Source: Chiloscyllium plagiosum
Lineage: Eukaryota
Reading direction: 5' to 3'
Assembly: GCF_004010195.1 (NCBI RefSeq)
Contig: NC_057718.1
Span: forward strand, 72,587,239 to 72,607,238
Length of the DNA: 20,000 bases
Positions 19,096 through 20,000 of the stretch are shown one piece after another. Below the pieces are notes generated by a model. The model did no database searches. It saw nothing but the letters and a program-made list of their open reading frames with translations, and was not told the origin of the DNA. How positions within the stretch are numbered: position 1 is the first letter of the stretch; each line of letters opens with the position of its first letter. Made by a program: the position numbers and the translations under genes.

Positions 19096-20000
19096 TTTTG
19101 AGTGGGAGCAGCGGCCGAGTAAAGGCGAACCCGGGAGACTACAGCTAAGGTAAAACAGTTTGTTTCAAAATTACTTACCTGTAGCGGGCAGCAGTGTTTT
19201 TTATTCTCTCTTCACAAAAAGAGCGGGAGCAGCAGAGGAAGTGACGGCAAACAGAGGGGCAGCCGGGAAGGAGAACTGTGAGTATAAATACTCACCCTTT
19301 AATCACCAACGGTCATTTGAGTGGGAGCAGCGGAAGTGAGGTTGGAGCGCATAGCTGGGCGGGAAGGTAAGTGATTAGTATTTGAGTGGGTGTGTTCTAG
19401 ACCCCAGGTCCTACTCCCGTAGGGCCTCCCTCCCACCCTCCTCCTCTAACCAACTTTAAAGTCCACAGGTAAGTGACTCAGTGTTATTGACTCAGTGCTC
19501 TTGTTTTTGGAGAAAGTGTACAGTCATGGCAGCGCAGGCAGTGGAATGTTCCTCCTGCAGGATGTTTGAGATAGGGGTGACCACCGATACTCCTGCCAAC
19601 TTCGTCTGCAGGAAATGCAGTCAGATCCTGACCCTCACCGAACGAGTTAGGGAACTGGAACTGGAGTTGGATGAACTGAGGATTATTCGAGAGGCTGAGA
19701 GGGTGATTGATAGAAGCTACAGGGACATAGTAACGCCGGAGAACAGAGGTAGCTGGGTAACAGTCCGAGGTGGGAAGGGGAAGAAGCAGGCAGTGCAGGG
19801 TTCCCCTGTGCTCGTTCCCCTAAAAAATAAATATACAGCTTTGGAAACTGTTGGGGGGGACAGCGTTGCAGGTGTAAGCTGCAGTGAAGGGGTCTGTGGC
19901 ACTGAGACTCAGAAGGGAAAGGGGGAGAGGAGGAGAGCGCTAGTTATAGGGGACTCTCTAGTTAGAGGGACGGACAGGCGGTTCTGTGGACATGGGCAAG
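19096..20000 (+). mobile_element. 5' end (UTR plus ORF1) of a young CR1 LINE, continuing beyond the window
   Basis: GC- and CpG-richer leader with repeated TTTGAGTGGG(AGCAGCGG) modules, followed by an uninterrupted CR1-type ORF1. Confidence 0.88.
19526..20000 (+). CDS. CR1 ORF1p, N-terminal 158 aa (Cx2C...Cx2C zinc finger, coiled coil, start of SGNH/GDSL esterase); open to the window edge
   Basis: MAAQAVECSSCRMFEIGVTTDTPANFVCRKCSQILTLTERVRELELELDELRIIREAERVIDRSY...RRALVIGDSLVRGTDRRFCGHGQ, with no stop codon. Missing from the ORF track because it runs off the end. Confidence 0.9.
   Translation, partial: MAAQAVECSSCRMFEIGVTTDTPANFVCRKCSQILTLTERVRELELELDELRIIREAERVIDRSYRDIVTPENRGSWVTVRGGKGKKQAVQGSPVLVPLKNKYTALETVGGDSVAGVSCSEGVCGTETQKGKGERRRALVIGDSLVRGTDRRFCGHGQ

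Noticed and set aside
8420..20000. Further upstream DOP1A exon (expected ...LLEGITAIIHYCLLDP...)
   Set aside because: No matching minus-strand sequence found. It presumably lies beyond the right edge.
1..20000. CRISPR array, operon or prokaryotic defence or retron-like system
   Set aside because: No repeat-spacer periodicity or dense gene packing. The RT, integrase and nuclease motifs are all explained by known eukaryotic TE families inside spliceosomal introns.

Overview
Vertebrate genomic DNA, almost certainly from a shark (elasmobranch), inferred from its HE1-type SINEs, HER1/CR1 LINE tails and Penelope-type repeats. The only host gene is DOP1A (DOPEY1) on the minus strand. Two phase-0 coding exons (8419-8246 and 2402-2277) have canonical splice sites and join in frame. 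The rest is intron packed with transposable elements: several CR1 LINEs (one young copy with an open ORF1 runs off the right edge), three HE1/V-SINEs, a decayed PIF/Harbinger transposase, Penelope-like (GIY-YIG) fragments with minimal hammerhead-ribozyme motifs, a Gmr1-like Gypsy element with the atypical PR-IN-RT order, and a second Gypsy remnant on the minus strand. Most supplied ORFs are TE debris or shadows. I see no evidence of a new multi-gene system. The best leads are a head-to-head Penelope palindrome with a perfect 17-bp TSD, ~95-nt hammerhead-bearing insertion units, a candidate 11-nt poison micro-exon or recursive splice site in DOP1A, and a modular, possibly bidirectional CR1 5' UTR. 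Family assignments come from recalled motifs, not database searches. TE boundaries are approximate unless a TSD or splice site fixes them.
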